Shown piece after piece: positions 1 through 13,860 of a stretch of DNA of 64,000 nucleotides. A program made the translations under genes and the position numbers. Under the pieces are notes generated by a model. That model was not told the origin of the DNA and ran no database searches. It was given only the letters and a program-made list of their open reading frames with translations. This DNA comes from Azolla caroliniana. Taxonomy: Eukaryota; Plantae; Polypodiophyta. The stretch covers positions 3,410,001-3,474,000 of the forward strand of contig JBHGNT010000016.1 in NCBI GenBank assembly GCA_043228905.1, read 5' to 3'. Every line of letters starts with the position of its first letter. The stretch's first letter is position 1.

Positions 1-475
1 CATAAAGTAAGGCGATTGTAGCAATAACTTAAAGCTCAACATAGAGTTTCTTATAAGTGGACTCTTTTTCCAAACATTTAATAATTTACAATACCACGGT
101 CATGTCGGAACTCCAATTACAAGCACATGCCTAAGAGAATGTGATGTCATATCAAAGTTATTTTTTATAATGATTCCTATAACCTTTTTATATAAATTCA
201 TTAACATTAGCCAAAGCATAATGGAGTACATGGTGTTGACTATCTTCAAGCAAAATATGCCTCTATGGTCTAGAAAGTGCCTTAGGTGCAAAATGGCAAA
301 TTAGAGAATGATGCATAATGAAGATATGCAAGACATGTCTTGAAGATATGTTGTTTGTGAAAGAGACCTTTGGGAGTAACATACGTAAAGTTTAGACAAC
401 TTATTACAAGGAAAATAATTTGTTTTCCTTCACACCAATGCTTTAACATAGAAGTGTGGTTGAATTTCCTACGGG

Positions 476-476
476 G

Positions 477-517
<41 letters not shown>
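476..517. repeat. (GT)n(GA)n compound microsatellite
   Basis: Dinucleotide runs read directly; the GA run resumes at 989-1015 after the MITE. Confidence 0.95.
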
Positions 518-988
518 TAACAATCGGCAACGGTTCAGTTTGATTCGAGAGGGTCCAAACCGAACCGTTTAATTTTTTTGAAACCCAACCAAACCAAACC
601 ACGAAACCGCTAAACATTTTTGAAACCATTAAACCGTAAAAACTGTGGTTTCGTGGTTCAGTTTCGGTTTTCAACATAGGTCAAATTTTTAATTTTTAAT
701 TTTTTAAAATTTATAAAATTTCATTATTTAGAATTTTTAAAATTTTTAAGATGTTCCTAAAATGTGAGAATAAGGTGCAAAAATGAAAAAATTGTTTAAA
801 AACAATTTTAAAAAAATTTTAAAAAATTTTAAAAATTTTAAAAAATAAAAACCATTAAACCCTTTAAACCGCGGTTTTTTACTATTGAAACCAAACCTGA
901 ACTTGAACCCAACCAAACCGTTGAAATCGTTAAGCCGTTAAAGCGCGGTTTCATGGTTCGGTTCCGTTCAAACCATTGCCGATTGTTA
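518..988. mobile_element. Non-autonomous hAT-like MITE, 471 bp
   Basis: TIRs are taacaatcggcaacggtt (518-535) and aaccattgccgattgtta (971-988), 17/18 match. Subterminal AAACC/GGTTT motifs are repeated and the core is AT-rich. Both flanks read agagagag, compatible with an 8-bp TSD inside a GA tract. Confidence 0.8.
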
Positions 989-1129
989 AGAGAGAGAGAG
1001 AGAGAGAAAGAGAGATCAATTTTGTTATCACCCCAAAGGTTCAAACAAGAATTGTGGAACCAAAATTGAACATTTTTACATAGTTTATGTGGAACCAAGT
1101 GATGATCCTTGATGTTCAAGAATTTTACT

Positions 1130-2165
1130 CATAGACAATGCAATAGAGAGTGCACATTGTGATTGTGAGGTGAATGTGTGTGGGTAGTAGACTAGATTGA
1201 CACGTGTGAAAAGTAAAGCCAAATATAATTGAATGGAGCACATTGTATGAAAATGTAATCATTTCCACACTTGTTCAAGGCAAAAAAATGCATAATTGAT
1301 TAATCTTCTCACTTGTTCTCCAAAGCACATTTCATTAGAGAGTGCACATTTTGATCGTGGGAGGAATGTGTGTAGGAAGTAGATCATATTGACAATATAT
1401 GGAAAGAAAACCTCAATTTGTGTGTAGGGAGTGGAATATGTGTAGAAGGACCAAATTGACATGTACGGAAAGCAAGCCCAAGGGCCAAATCTAGTCAAAT
1501 GTAGTGCATTCGTATCAAAATGTGGTACTCCAACTCCCACACTTGTTCAAGGCAAAATATGCATAAATAATGAGTCTTCTTCCTTGTGGGACGAATGTGT
1601 GTAGGGAGTGGACCATATTCATAATATATGGAAAGAAAACCCAACTTTGTGTGTAGGGAGTGGAATGTGCATAGAGAGTGGACTAGATTGACATATGTGG
1701 AAAGCAAACATAAATCTAGTCAATGTCGCACATTTTGATTGTGGGAGGAATGTGTGTAGTGAGTGGACCATATTGATAATATGTGGAAAGCAAACCCGAT
1801 TTTGTGTATAGGGAGTGGAATGTGTGTAGAGAGTGGTTTGGATTGACATAAGTGGAAGGCAAATCTAAATCCAGTAAAAAAACGTCCCACATTTTACAAA
1901 GTGTGAGACTTTGACTCCCATACTTGTTACGGTCAAAATATCCATAAATAATGAGTCTTCTCACTTGTGCCCCAAAGTACATTGCAATAGAGAGTGCACA
2001 TTTTGATTGTGGGAGGGATGTGTGTACAGAGTGGACCATATTGACAATATATGGAAAGCAAACTCAACTTTGGTTGAATCCATTGCATTGTATCAAGTGT
2101 AAGATTGTAACTTCCACGTATGTTTATGGTAAAATATGCATAGATGACGAGTTTTCTCACACGAG
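1130..2165. repeat. Degenerate tandem/satellite-like array
   Basis: Recurring blocks cacattttgattgtgggaggaatgtgtgtag..gagtggaccatattgacaatatatggaaagcaaac and ccacacttgttcaaggcaaaatatgcata (about 1265, 1537, 1917, and weakly 2115). Confidence 0.8.
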
Positions 2166-5100
2166 CTCCAAAGCTCCGTTTCACATGAAGGAGAATGCTA
2201 CCTAATTCATAGCAAAGTAATAGTGAGGATGACAAACAATGGCATGGGCTCTAGCATGTATAATTGAGTGTAATTTCCCTATTCCAAGAAGAATATAATG
2301 TGTAATAGAATGTGTGAAACATGAGCCTCTACATAATTCTGAGATTGCGATACATGATTTGAGAGATGGATAGATATCTTTTTAATGTCCACGGGAGACT
2401 AATTGTGATATATGAGACCTTATGTTCAACCACTACATTTTGTTATAGCATCTAGTAAATCAGCATAAAAGTGAGTTTTGAAACCATGTATATGGGAAAT
2501 ATACTTTGCCACTACTTGGTAAAACCTTATCCATAGAAATTAAAAAGCATAAAGTGAATGTACCACTTAATGAGGTTGTCTAGATAATTTACTCACTCAA
2601 TTTCTATATTCCACAATAACATGTAGTAAATCAATACAATTAGTGAGATATATAGATAGATTTTATTATTGTCCTTGGAGATCAAATATGTTAAATGGAA
2701 CGAAGGTAGAATGTTGCATAAAGTCTATGTGGTGTTTACATGTAACTATTGGTATTTAAGAGTTTACTACTGAAAGTTGCAATTGATCATCCACATGGTG
2801 GCCGAGAGAGAAATAAGTGTATGTGTATGTGCAGGCTCAAAACTCTAAGAAAAGAGAGCTCTAATGTGATCATGGAAATAGATTATGACTAAAACTTGCA
2901 AACTTGTTCATAAACCAAAGCGAACCATTCCATGTAGTTCTATGGAATGGGTAAATTAATGCTACACTAAAAAATTATATCATTGGCATTGCAACTTTAA
3001 GTACATGGCAACTTGGAGAGAAATTTGTGTATGTCTAGGTTGAAAATATGGGGAAAGTGAGCTTGTATGTGTTCCAATGTGAAGCATTGCAATATCTTGT
3101 AATATTTAGATTCGTGAGCTTGCTTAAGCAAAACATGTATAATAGTTTAATCTCCTCTTTGCTACCCCAGTGTCATGTTTCACATTGGAAAGAATTTGGC
3201 GAAGTCTTACAGAAGTAAGGGTGTGGATTGCATGTTTGTGACAATGAGTTGTTCAATATTTTTGCTTTGGTTAGCTACTAGAAATTAGTTTCTTTAATAG
3301 CAAGCTATGCATATGGTAGTAATTCATTGTGGAAAGGTGGGAAGTGTTGTAGTATCAACGCACTTGAACCCTCAAAAGATTTAGGCTCACTCATTCCCAA
3401 GCACATTCATACACTCACACAAGATTAACAAAGTAGACTATACAACTTATCTCACTCTCTCATATGTGGAATAGGGTGTTGCGCCTTTCAATACTTTTGG
3501 ACTCTCATAGGTTTGGCTAAATGTGGGCCTTTTTGTTTCTTTAACTATCTTCCTTCACTTTCTCTTTACTTGAGTGTGAGTATAAATCACTACTTTGTAT
3601 GGATTGTAGGTGTCCACCAAAAAGTGCATATATTGCATTCGTCCTTACCACATGCTCTCTAATCTTCCTTGTACCCGATTATTTCATCATTTTCTTCGAG
3701 TTACCCCTTCTCCTTTGATTTCCTCACATCTTACATATTTAATTGAGCATATGGTCGTAAATAACATATATTAGGATGACTAGTACCTCGGAATAGGTAA
3801 CACAATCATCGAAGCCTAGCCCACACCACTAGTGTCTCACGACTTCAGCCTTCAACGTAATGTATTTTATGAAGGTAGATAATTCTCGTATTTATACTTC
3901 TTCCTAGGCCCCTTGAATAGATGTGCTTTTCTAAAACACTCTCCATCCATTGCTTGTCAAGATCATGATAATGGATGCCCCTATCATTCCTTCTAACCAA
4001 TCACATTAGTCCCTTTCTAACATTAGTGAACATACCCTTCCTTATGTTTGGTAAATATCAATGACCTACCCCCACATACATTATGTGTGCATAACGAAGC
4101 AAATGTTATTGCATGTGAGTGAATTATTTCTTAAATGACAACTTCCATAAGATAACACAAAGAGCAAGCAAGCAAGCAATGTTGATTATTAACCTTCACA
4201 CTTCTATATCATGTAGGATCAAGTATATAAGCATAAGAGATAAGTTAAAATCAACACTAGATACAAGTAAGGGCATGGTTTTTATAAATCATACTATACT
4301 TGCTTCACATTTAAGTTTGAACCAATGGATCATGATGGTGGAGTTAATGGGTCTTAGGATATCTAGAGTGTTGACTTCTTTCCATACAAGGCATCTCCAA
4401 TCCATTCATTGCAACTGCGAACTTAGGCACGCACATGACACAAGGAGTGTGTGGTTAAGCTTAGTATTTGCACAACCATGGGGTTGTGGATGCCATTCTT
4501 GTAGGGTAGAATTGAAGCTTTCCTAATAGAAGTTCTTCGCAAGTTGCAACATTAGTTTAATGTTTAATATTACATATGCTAATTTATTGCTTTGAAACTC
4601 AAGGTTGGGGGTTCAGGTATGCCGTATTGTGTAATGGGTTTGGTATTGCATTTATTACAAAATTTCTTCATAAATTTGGTTTGGAATGAAGCAAATGAAA
4701 TATTTGCCCTAAAATATAGCTATAGAAAATTGAAGTTGGCACTTTTATCATGTACAAAGAGTGAAAATGATATTATCACTCTTCAAGGTACAATGCTAAC
4801 GAACATAGGAAGATGATAAAGTTAGAATATACAAGATATTCTTTCCATAATGAATGGAAGTAGATAAGGATTATTCCCTTCCTCGATCTCATTCAAACAA
4901 AGGCTTGATGACAAATCCCCAAAAACTATTATTCTCACCGCATGGTAAGTTTTAAGCCCACTTAATGTTGAAAATTGTGGTTATTATTTTTGAAAACACA
5001 TTATTTTATATAGGAACAAGAATTGTAGCAAATAAACAGAACATCAATTACTTTTTTATACGCAATGTATAACAAAGCAAGACATGTATTTTCACTGGTC

Positions 5101-5599
5101 CTACTTTTCAACAAATGTCAAATGAATTCATACAAAATGATATCACGAGTTATATGATATACTATAAACTTGTACTAAATGTTATCCTCCAAAATGATCT
5201 GCTTTTCTTCCAACTCTCCTTACATGTTATATCATACTACATATTCAAAGTAAACAAGTGGAGGTTATGGTTTAAGTAGTGTTAATCAAGTAAATTGTTT
5301 TCATGTCATAAAAATGCCTTGATGTTTAGGCAATAAACTAGTATGCAATGAAGTACCCCCTACTGATTTTGCCAATTTCATGCTAATTTTTACATTAACA
5401 ATCATGAATTTATTCTCTTCATATTTGTGTTCATAATGTTAATGTCATACAAGGTCGTCTTACTATAGTTATAAAAACGATTTGCATAATATTATGCTAG
5501 CTTTAATCGTCAATAATATTTATTTAGCAATTGATAGGGAACATTTACTAAACACTTTGTTCTGCCAAAATTTTACGTAAGTCTACTTCGCTTCATTCA

Positions 5600-6430
5600 A
5601 CACTTGCTCATTGGTTTCCTTCATTTGGCCTTCTTATTCAACAATATTTGCTTCCTTCACTATCCACAAATGTGTTCATTATTCTTCAACTAAATGTGCA
5701 AAACCCTTTTTAGCTAACCCCAACAAGCAATTCAAAATCTTGATGTTTAACTTTAAAAGTTTAGTATCTCTCTTGTTGGCTTGATGGTTCTCACAGTAAC
5801 ATCAAAAGTCATGAAATGGAGGGAACCAAAGTTTGATCCTTGCCATGGGCTAGGCCTCATCTCATACATTGGAATTGGTCCTTTTTGGATATTAAAAATT
5901 TTCCACTAAATTTGTTCTTCAGAATTTCTCTCTTTTCCTAATCCCACGCAATGGAGAATATATATAGTTTGGCACATTTGAACTTGGCATGTCTACTCCA
6001 CAACATAAAGCATGGGATTCCACTCTTGAGTGCTAAATGTTGTGATGAGGTCCACAAACTTCAAGAATACAACTTATTGCCAACGCTTCTTTGAATTTTA
6101 CCAACACTATGTCATTCATCTACTCTTGAAGATGCTTTATCTTCATGATAAACACCTTTGACTACTCCCTTCCATGATTTGCTTCATAACTAACTAAGTT
6201 TCTTGGTTTCACTTTCCACATCTAATATTGATTTTGCATGATTCTCCAAACATTTATTTTCCATGGATACATTTGAAATTAACATAAACCTTGAATGGAT
6301 TATAGCTCTCACCATTTAAAACATGATGTTTGGATTTTGCCTTGTCTATCCCTTCACATTCATTGGATTGGGAGGGACAATACAATCATGTTCTTCGGAT
6401 CCAAAGTGTCCATGATTTCTTAAAAACTAT
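5600..6430 (-). mobile_element. Possible highly decayed LTR-retrotransposon gag/protease relic
   Basis: Minus-strand fragments loosely resemble a retroviral-type protease end (DFELLVG) and a degenerate His/Cys knuckle. There are many stops and no intact ORF. Confidence 0.25.
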
Positions 6431-7379
6431 GAGAGTGGTGTATAGATGATTGTAAGAATCTCAAAATGGGCTCATCTTGCTCTTTGGGAAATTGTAATAT
6501 GAAATTAGTAGTTTGTCATGACTAATTGGATCCACCGATTGGTTCGCTTCCTCTTCACAATATCATTTGTGTCACTTGCCTAAGCACAAACTATCCTTCG
6601 CTTAATCATCCTTATCCCTACTCAAGTCTCTCTTCCAATCTTTTCTATTGTACTTGTGTGCATAACTTCTATAGGTCCACTACATGTGGATAGGATCGAT
6701 GTGAATCCATTCGAATGATATGGAGGGTAGAAATGGGATTAATAAGTATCATATAGAAAGTTTCTTAAGCACAATTACAATCGGGGGATGATACAACAAA
6801 TATGCAAGCTCACCATGTTCTTGAGAGAGGAGATACAAATATGTATACCAATGGCTTGACGCGCGTTGACAACCATAGTTCAGTCGAGTAAGATTGTCCT
6901 TACACATAGCCTTATGAATCCTAACAATTTTGTTCACTTGATGTCAATATTTCAACCACCCACTATATTGGCCACATTCAAGAGGTTTGTTGGTGAGGTT
7001 AACCCCAGTAAGCCATTGTTATCGCTTTTTTTTTTACCAGAAAAACACTACTTCACATTAGTTAGCAAATAGAATACAATAAAGTTAAATCGAATCCACA
7101 ATGAGATCAATATATACAACACGAAAGACCAATTTCAAAACCAACAACAAAAAACCAGCAAAACTCACACGGCCCTTATCCCCAACAAAACTAAAATAAA
7201 CCACAATTTACACCAATTGTACTTATCCCAACATACTTTTTTATGAGAAAGTTATCAAGGTAACACAACTATGATATATACCGTTCCTGTCATTTTGGGA
7301 AACAATGTCTACTAACTTTTTTTATGGACACTCTGTTACTACAAATTTTGGTGGTATAGGTTACATTGCATGCTCGGTT

Positions 7380-8420
7380 GCAGTCTAGGAGGAGTAGACC
7401 ATAAAATTTTTGGAGATATGGTGTACAAATAAGTGTAGTTCTTGTATATACACATCAAATTGGCTATGATGTGGGCACAATGGAGTCAATTGGTATACTC
7501 CTTTATCCAACACAACTTTTGTATTTTTTGTGATTTTATAATACCAAGGCATATCTCTTTTCAAAAAAAAGAAAGAACACAACTACTATAACCCACTTGT
7601 GCTCCAACTATACTTATTGTGAACTTTATATCAATGAGTTCAATGGTGCACGACCTTAAACTAAGATGATGAAGAGTGGAACATTCAAACTGGTAGTGTA
7701 AAGCTCAACATCATTGCATGGTAGTGTTGAAATGCACATACTACATTATCTTGCTTTTTGATTTTAGGATTTCGATATGGTAACCTTACGAATGTAGAAT
7801 GTGTCATTTAGATCCTTGTATAATGGAAAAACTCGCATGATCTGTTTTGACATGTACTACCTTTTCCATACCTTACATTGGGCATGTTTTTAATATATTG
7901 CATTCACTTGTAAGAACATTGCTCCATGCTAATGTTTATTAGTCAACCTAAAATGGACAACCCAAATCAATCAATAAAATTATTTAAATACCCAGTATCA
8001 CATAGGCTCCATGTACTAGACATTTCTCAATGGTTTTGATTGCCCTCTTTTTAAATATGGATTTGTTGTAAAATTGAATCTTAAAACCATCTAAAGATCT
8101 AAATATCAGTGCAACAACTTGATAAAAAATAGGAAATAGCATATAGGTTAAAATGATAACTCTCTAACACAATACCTATCTCATGACTTGACAAGAACAA
8201 CAATCCTATTTATCAACGAAATTGACGACCAATGATCATTTAAGATTGTCAAGACACCAAAAAGAGTGCAATGAACTTTATAGAATAGTAAACATCTAAT
8301 GACATTCCAAGGTTCATATTTGAACTTAGTTGAAATTTGGTTGGGTTCAACTTTCCCCGAACTAAGATAATCATTATTGTTGACCACACATTCGACTAAT
8401 AGCAACCCCTAAATTCATAA
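7380..8420 (-). mobile_element. Possible decayed CACTA/En-Spm transposase (Tnp2-like) relic
   Basis: Minus-strand fragments ILKTCP, QIMRVFPL and QFDVYIQEL fall in the order of the Tnp2 motifs (C-P-x-C, KVLRYFP, DIDVYLEPL). Frameshifted and stop-ridden. Confidence 0.35.
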
Positions 8421-10199
8421 AATTGTATCATATTATTCCTAATTGTGTAGTCTACCTTATCTTACCATGACACATTGATAAGATCCACAACGACCAGGAA
8501 ACCGAAGAAAGTATTAAGGTGCAACGGATGATGACATTTAAAACTATATATTTGTCTTTGTTGTCTCTTAAGTATATAATGTCCATAGGCCCAATTAGGG
8601 TGACGCTCCATTGGCAAATTTGGCTAACTTATCAAATGTGGGAAATGATCCACACACTCACATCTAGAGTGCAACGTGCATGAATGCTCATTAATAACAA
8701 ATTGTATGTGTGATGATGCCAAAATTGACATTTTGTCGACACAATAAACAACTAAGGTCAAAAACCTGGATTGGATAAATATATAAAGTGTATAATTTGA
8801 AAAGTACATTCCTCTAGAAAATTTCATTTAAACATTTAAGTTTCGAGCTCCACGAGTTTTCACTATCATATGCATGTAATATGGTTTCATTGTTGAATTG
8901 AATAGCACCTGAGGATCACACTTCAAAAAAACGAATAAACTCGTAATCATTCATGTGCAACAACAAAAAGTTTGCTCTGATTCAATGACTATTATTGAAA
9001 GAAGTCTAATGCATGCTATCATTTTGCTACATTTTCAAGTGTATATTTGAAAAGCTGATTGAGTTGAAACAATTCGCATGTGAGCATGTGTACATCAAGT
9101 TATCGAAAGACGAGAAGGATTTAGCCATGACTAGAGGAGCTTGATCATGCAAAAAATGAAATGATTGTTAAACACATGTTTGGAAATAGCACATGCTCGT
9201 GAATGACAATCAAGCGTAAAATATGGTTTGGTGCAATATGATAGAAAATATATACATATGCCACGTATATTCAATTAATCTAGCCATTTTCCTAAGGTAA
9301 CCTACAGAAAATTTTGGAGAAAATCTTGTCTTTGTTTTTCTCCAACACGGATAGAAAACCAGAGGTTATACGAACTTGTTCACGTTACCGAGGGAAAGTA
9401 TATCATAGAAGATACCCGAAAAGTGCACTATGTGGTCCTCACAATGATACTATGAACCTTATGCCCAATAAATAATATACATCATATACATATGTGCAAA
9501 ATGCAAGTGTTGTCTCGTAAACTATTTTGAATCCTAACAACTTCCATCATAATAAGGGCACCATACATTTAGAGGATATAATATTTTCGATTGTTTGGTG
9601 CTGAGAAAAGAAACGCATGCTTCAACATCATGATTCGCTAATACCACACGCAAAGTTTAGAAAGTGACAAGTACTTGACATTGTTATGTACATCTCATTG
9701 TCATGTTGACACGTCATTCTCGATGAGCGAATATTTTTTATGCACCTTGATTAGACATGTAATGTTCTCTTAATGAGTACATGATTATTTACTACTTTTA
9801 TATCATGCCATAGTCCTTCAAAAGAGCAAGAAACGCGTGTAGGAGAGGGAGGGAGAGGAGGGAGAATAACATGCGAAAGAAGAGGTCACATTTTCATTTT
9901 TTTTATAGTTAGTTGCTCATGCAAACCGAACCTTGTGAAGGAAAAGAGGGGACAAGTAGATTGGCATCTGCTCAGGAAGTTTGGACTCAAATATTTTTCG
10001 TCGAAATAAGTAGTTTCGCATAACCAAAGAGGGCCACTGTAATTTATAAATCGCGATCATGTGCTACTTTTAACCATAGCCTTAATGGCCCAACTTTAGA
10101 AAAACAATAAAAGGATTCTCTTCAACACCTTTAACAAGTTGGAAAGTTGATCAAGTATGTTCATATGTATGTCTAGGGATTATGCATGTGGACTATTTT

Positions 10200-10435
10200 T
10201 TGCTCTTCAAAGGCAAACAAACTTGTATGAGGCATTGGACAGACAAAATTTTACGAGGATTTCATACAAGCCTAGAAAACTCTTGTTGAATTTGTATAAC
10301 ATACATACATACATGTAGATAAAGAATGTGGAAAATTTACTGCTCTTCGAAGGCAAACAAACTCATATGATAATTTCATACAAGCCGAGAAAACTCTTGT
10401 TGAATTTGTATTACATACATACATACCTACATACA
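10200..10435. repeat. Local direct duplication (about 130 bp) ending in (ACAT)n
   Basis: tgctcttc[a/g]aaggcaaacaaact...tttcatacaagcc.agaaaactcttgttgaatttgtat occurs at about 10201 and 10341. Confidence 0.85.
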
Positions 10436-11322
10436 AATATATAAATGTGCCTTTACGGCATGCATATGCGACAACTGTTGAGGAAGTTACATAAAAGATG
10501 ACGTCGGTGTGTTACATATATTGGGGGCATCGAAATATTTGTATTGATTGCTTTGATTATTGTTGACAAGCTTGTAATATAAATAATCTTTCTTTTTGTA
10601 AAACAAAGCCACCACCATGTAATAATGTTGAACTCATAACATCACTTTTATTAAATTTTTATAGCGTTGTTACGTGAAACAGTGTTTGTGCATTTTGAAA
10701 GTGAATTCAAAGGGTAAGTTGAAAAAAATATGTGTCTCATTGTGTAAAAAAATCCAGGCCCATTGTTTAGAATCGTCATTTTTTGAACAAATTCATTGTT
10801 TTGGGTTTGTTACTCCACTAAAAAAATAGAATGGTGAACTAGAACAATGTGAAAGAGGATGCAATAGCAACAAAGTTATTGCATTCCTCTCTCTCTCTTT
10901 AATGCGTAAGCTACATAGCTTTTACCTATCTCACCAATCAAATCATCGAACCCTGGTGGTTGTCATGGTAGGGTGTGCAATCAATTTACAAGGAAAAGGA
11001 TCATTGATTTCTTGGTGGCCAATAGAAAGGGAAAGAGACGAACATTGTGCGAGTGTGTGTTCTGGGAGACGAGGCTCGTGGGAGTGGCAGCGAGAGGAGA
11101 AGTCACGATCAAATTCCTAGGCTAAAGAGTACATATGACATGTATCACGAACAAGAGCTTGGAGATAAAATAAAGTGTTTTTCCGAAAAACACTTACTTC
11201 GCATAGTAATCATAATTATGACAATCATGAAGGACCAACGAAAAAGCAACACGAAACACAACCACCATCCGCCTACTTTGTTTCTTCTTCTTCCCACAAA
11301 AGAAAGAGAGAGGCGGAATGCA

Positions 11323-11353
<31 letters not shown>

Positions 11354-12269
11354 CGATTCCATAGTTTCAATGTCTCTTTTTATTTCTTGCTTTCAAGCAC
11401 TTTCTATCCTCTCTTTTTAATTGCCTTTCATTCTACACATATCACCTTCCCTTCTGACATCCCCACCCCTACCCTTAATTCTCTCTGACTCGGGTGAGCC
11501 GTCAGCCCCCCCAAGGTTTGAGTTTCATAACATTTCCTTCTTACAACTTACACATATCTCGAGCCTCGAAAATATTGTATGGGTGTACTCCAAATGACGA
11601 GGAGGGTAAGGACAAAATACATGCACGCACGCAAACAATCTATCTCTAAAGTTGAAATGAACATCTCATATCACAGGCATTGGTGATACAACATTCGATG
11701 ATAGTACATGATGATAAAATGCCATAGTGATAGAGCTTACAATAACAGAACATGACAAGGATGTCCTTAAAAAAATGTTTTTTGGGTAGGAGAGCAGCTA
11801 GCACTAGTGGTAGTGACAACATAAAGGAAGCAAAGCCTTTAGGAACAACCAAAATAGGAATTGCAATATGTGTGTATGTGTTTTTTTTTGGGGGGGGGGG
11901 ATTAAGAGAGGTAGGAAAAAGTGAATGAAGTTGTATTAGTGCCTAAAGATAACACAGACAAAGGTAGAAGACAACATTGGGAAACATCACTAAATGTAGC
12001 TCAATTTGTCCGAATGGAACGGAGACAGGAAGGATCGTGCATTCTAAACCATTTAGTAAAAGCAGGGTCCACATCAGAGTACAATCTGAACAGGGCCCCG
12101 GGTGCAGGTAAAAGGAATGAAAAGAAGAAAGAAAAAGAGCTCAAGTTTTTACCGCGAGGGGTGTGTGTATAATAGAGCCAAGAGACAATACAAGCGAAAC
12201 AAGTGTCGGCGCTTGTACGATTTAAAGCCTTAGAGGGGTTCGTGGGTTCCTCTTGGAACTACTAAAAGT

Positions 12270-12525
12270 CTACTACTACTACTGCCACTAGTTACAACTT
12301 ACTACTACTACTACCACCACCACTACTAATTACTACTACTACTACTAATTACTACTACTACTACCACTAGTTACAACTTACTAAAACTACTACTACTACT
12401 AGTTATTACTACTACTACTACTAATTATTACTAATACTACTACTATTATACCACTAGAGTAGAAACCAAACCTCTTAATATGCCACCACCACACAAGAGC
12501 ACCAAAAGTAGTAGTAGTAGTAGAC
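12270..12525. repeat. Imperfect (TAC)n trinucleotide array with a short complementary (GTA)n run
   Basis: Read directly: TAC repeats at 12270-12447 and agtagtagtagtag at about 12507-12523. Confidence 0.9.
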
Positions 12526-12707
12526 TAAGGTAGTAATGTAAAAACGTAAGGTTAGGACTAGTATGTGTAGAAACTAACCTCCATTTGTATGTACATGATG
12601 GGGCACCCACCACATAAAGAGCCCGAGAAAAGATAGAAGGAATAGTAAACTCTGCTTTGAGCTTTGGTGGGCATTTCATTGGCTTTGGGCATTGAGCTAC
12701 AGGGACA

Positions 12708-12724
12708 CAGATAGAGATAGAGAT

Positions 12725-12755
<31 letters not shown>

Positions 12756-12970
12756 AGAGGAACAGAGGAGAAGAGCTCTCTAGATAGCTATGGAAGCTTC
12801 ATAACCCCACGATAAGTCAGAGAGACAAAGAGAGACAGAGGAGGGATAGAGAGAGAGAGAGATAAGGAGACAGCTTCTTTTGTTTTGCTCTTTAAGACAT
12901 ATACATATATATGCTGAGATTTGTTGTGGGTTTTCCCTTTCTTCTCTCTTTCTCTCTCTCTCTCTCTCTC
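12708..12970 (+). promoter_or_regulatory. GA/CT-repeat-rich proximal promoter and 5' UTR of the BEL1-like gene
   Basis: Several (GA)n and (CT)n tracts, a TA-rich box at about 12899-12912, and a pyrimidine patch before a leader exon ending at the donor acag|gtaacc (13104/13105). Confidence 0.55.
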
Positions 12971-13214
12971 CCCCGCCCCCTGTCTCACTCCCTGCAAAAA
13001 ACCCAAATTCTTAAAGAGTTTCTTTTCTTTTCTTTTGCCTGATGATGGTGATGAAGAGGTGGAGCAGAACCATGATGATTATGATGTTCTGCTAATCCAA
13101 ACAGGTAACCCATTTTACCCATACCTCACTTTCTCAAACACACCTTATGGATCACCTCTGTTCCTTATGATCAATCTCTTCGTTCCTTACTATCAACCTC
13201 TCTGATCCTTCTGA

Positions 13215-13860
13215 TTAAGCTCTTTTTCTTCCAGACATGACATCCACTACTATGCAATAGAAATTTCACCATATCTCACATTCTCTAAGCAATACATATT
13301 CATATATAAGCTCTGTTTTCTTTAGGCTTAAAAATTGGCATGCGGATTTCACCTTGTAAATCAAAGCTCTCTCTTCTTAGGGTTAATAACCACTAGAACT
13401 CAATTCAAAATTTCGTCTTATAATTAAGATAATACTTACGGTTAAGAATCCCAATTTTTGCCTCATAAATGAGGCCTATTTTTAGGGCAAGGAATTTCAC
13501 GGCATAAGCTTCTACTTATGAATAAAAGCTCTGATTTTTTTATCTTAAAGAATCTCTACTACTGCCCAGATATAAATTTCACTCCATGAATAAGCTTTGG
13601 GTTTTTAGGGTTAGAAACTACAAACATAGCTCAAATTTCATGGTTTCATCAAAAGCTATGCCTTTCTGGGGTTGAAATCACTACTGTGCAACAGAAAGTC
13701 CTTCTGTATCACCTTCTAAGCTGTATTTCTAGTGTTAAAAAGCATTACACAATACAAAACGTGGCGAGGCCTTCAGTCTTTCTTGGGTTAAAACTTTGTT
13801 TTCTTAGGGTTACAATCACAGTACAATAGAAATTTTTGTAATATTGTTTCTTCTCCTAAC
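13215..13860. repeat. Degenerate array of about 60-bp units with a TAGGGTT core in the BEL1-like leader intron
   Basis: About 8-10 imperfect units of aagct....ttcttagggtta....actac....aaatttcac; TAGGGTT occurs at about 13378, 13606 and 13805. Confidence 0.6.
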
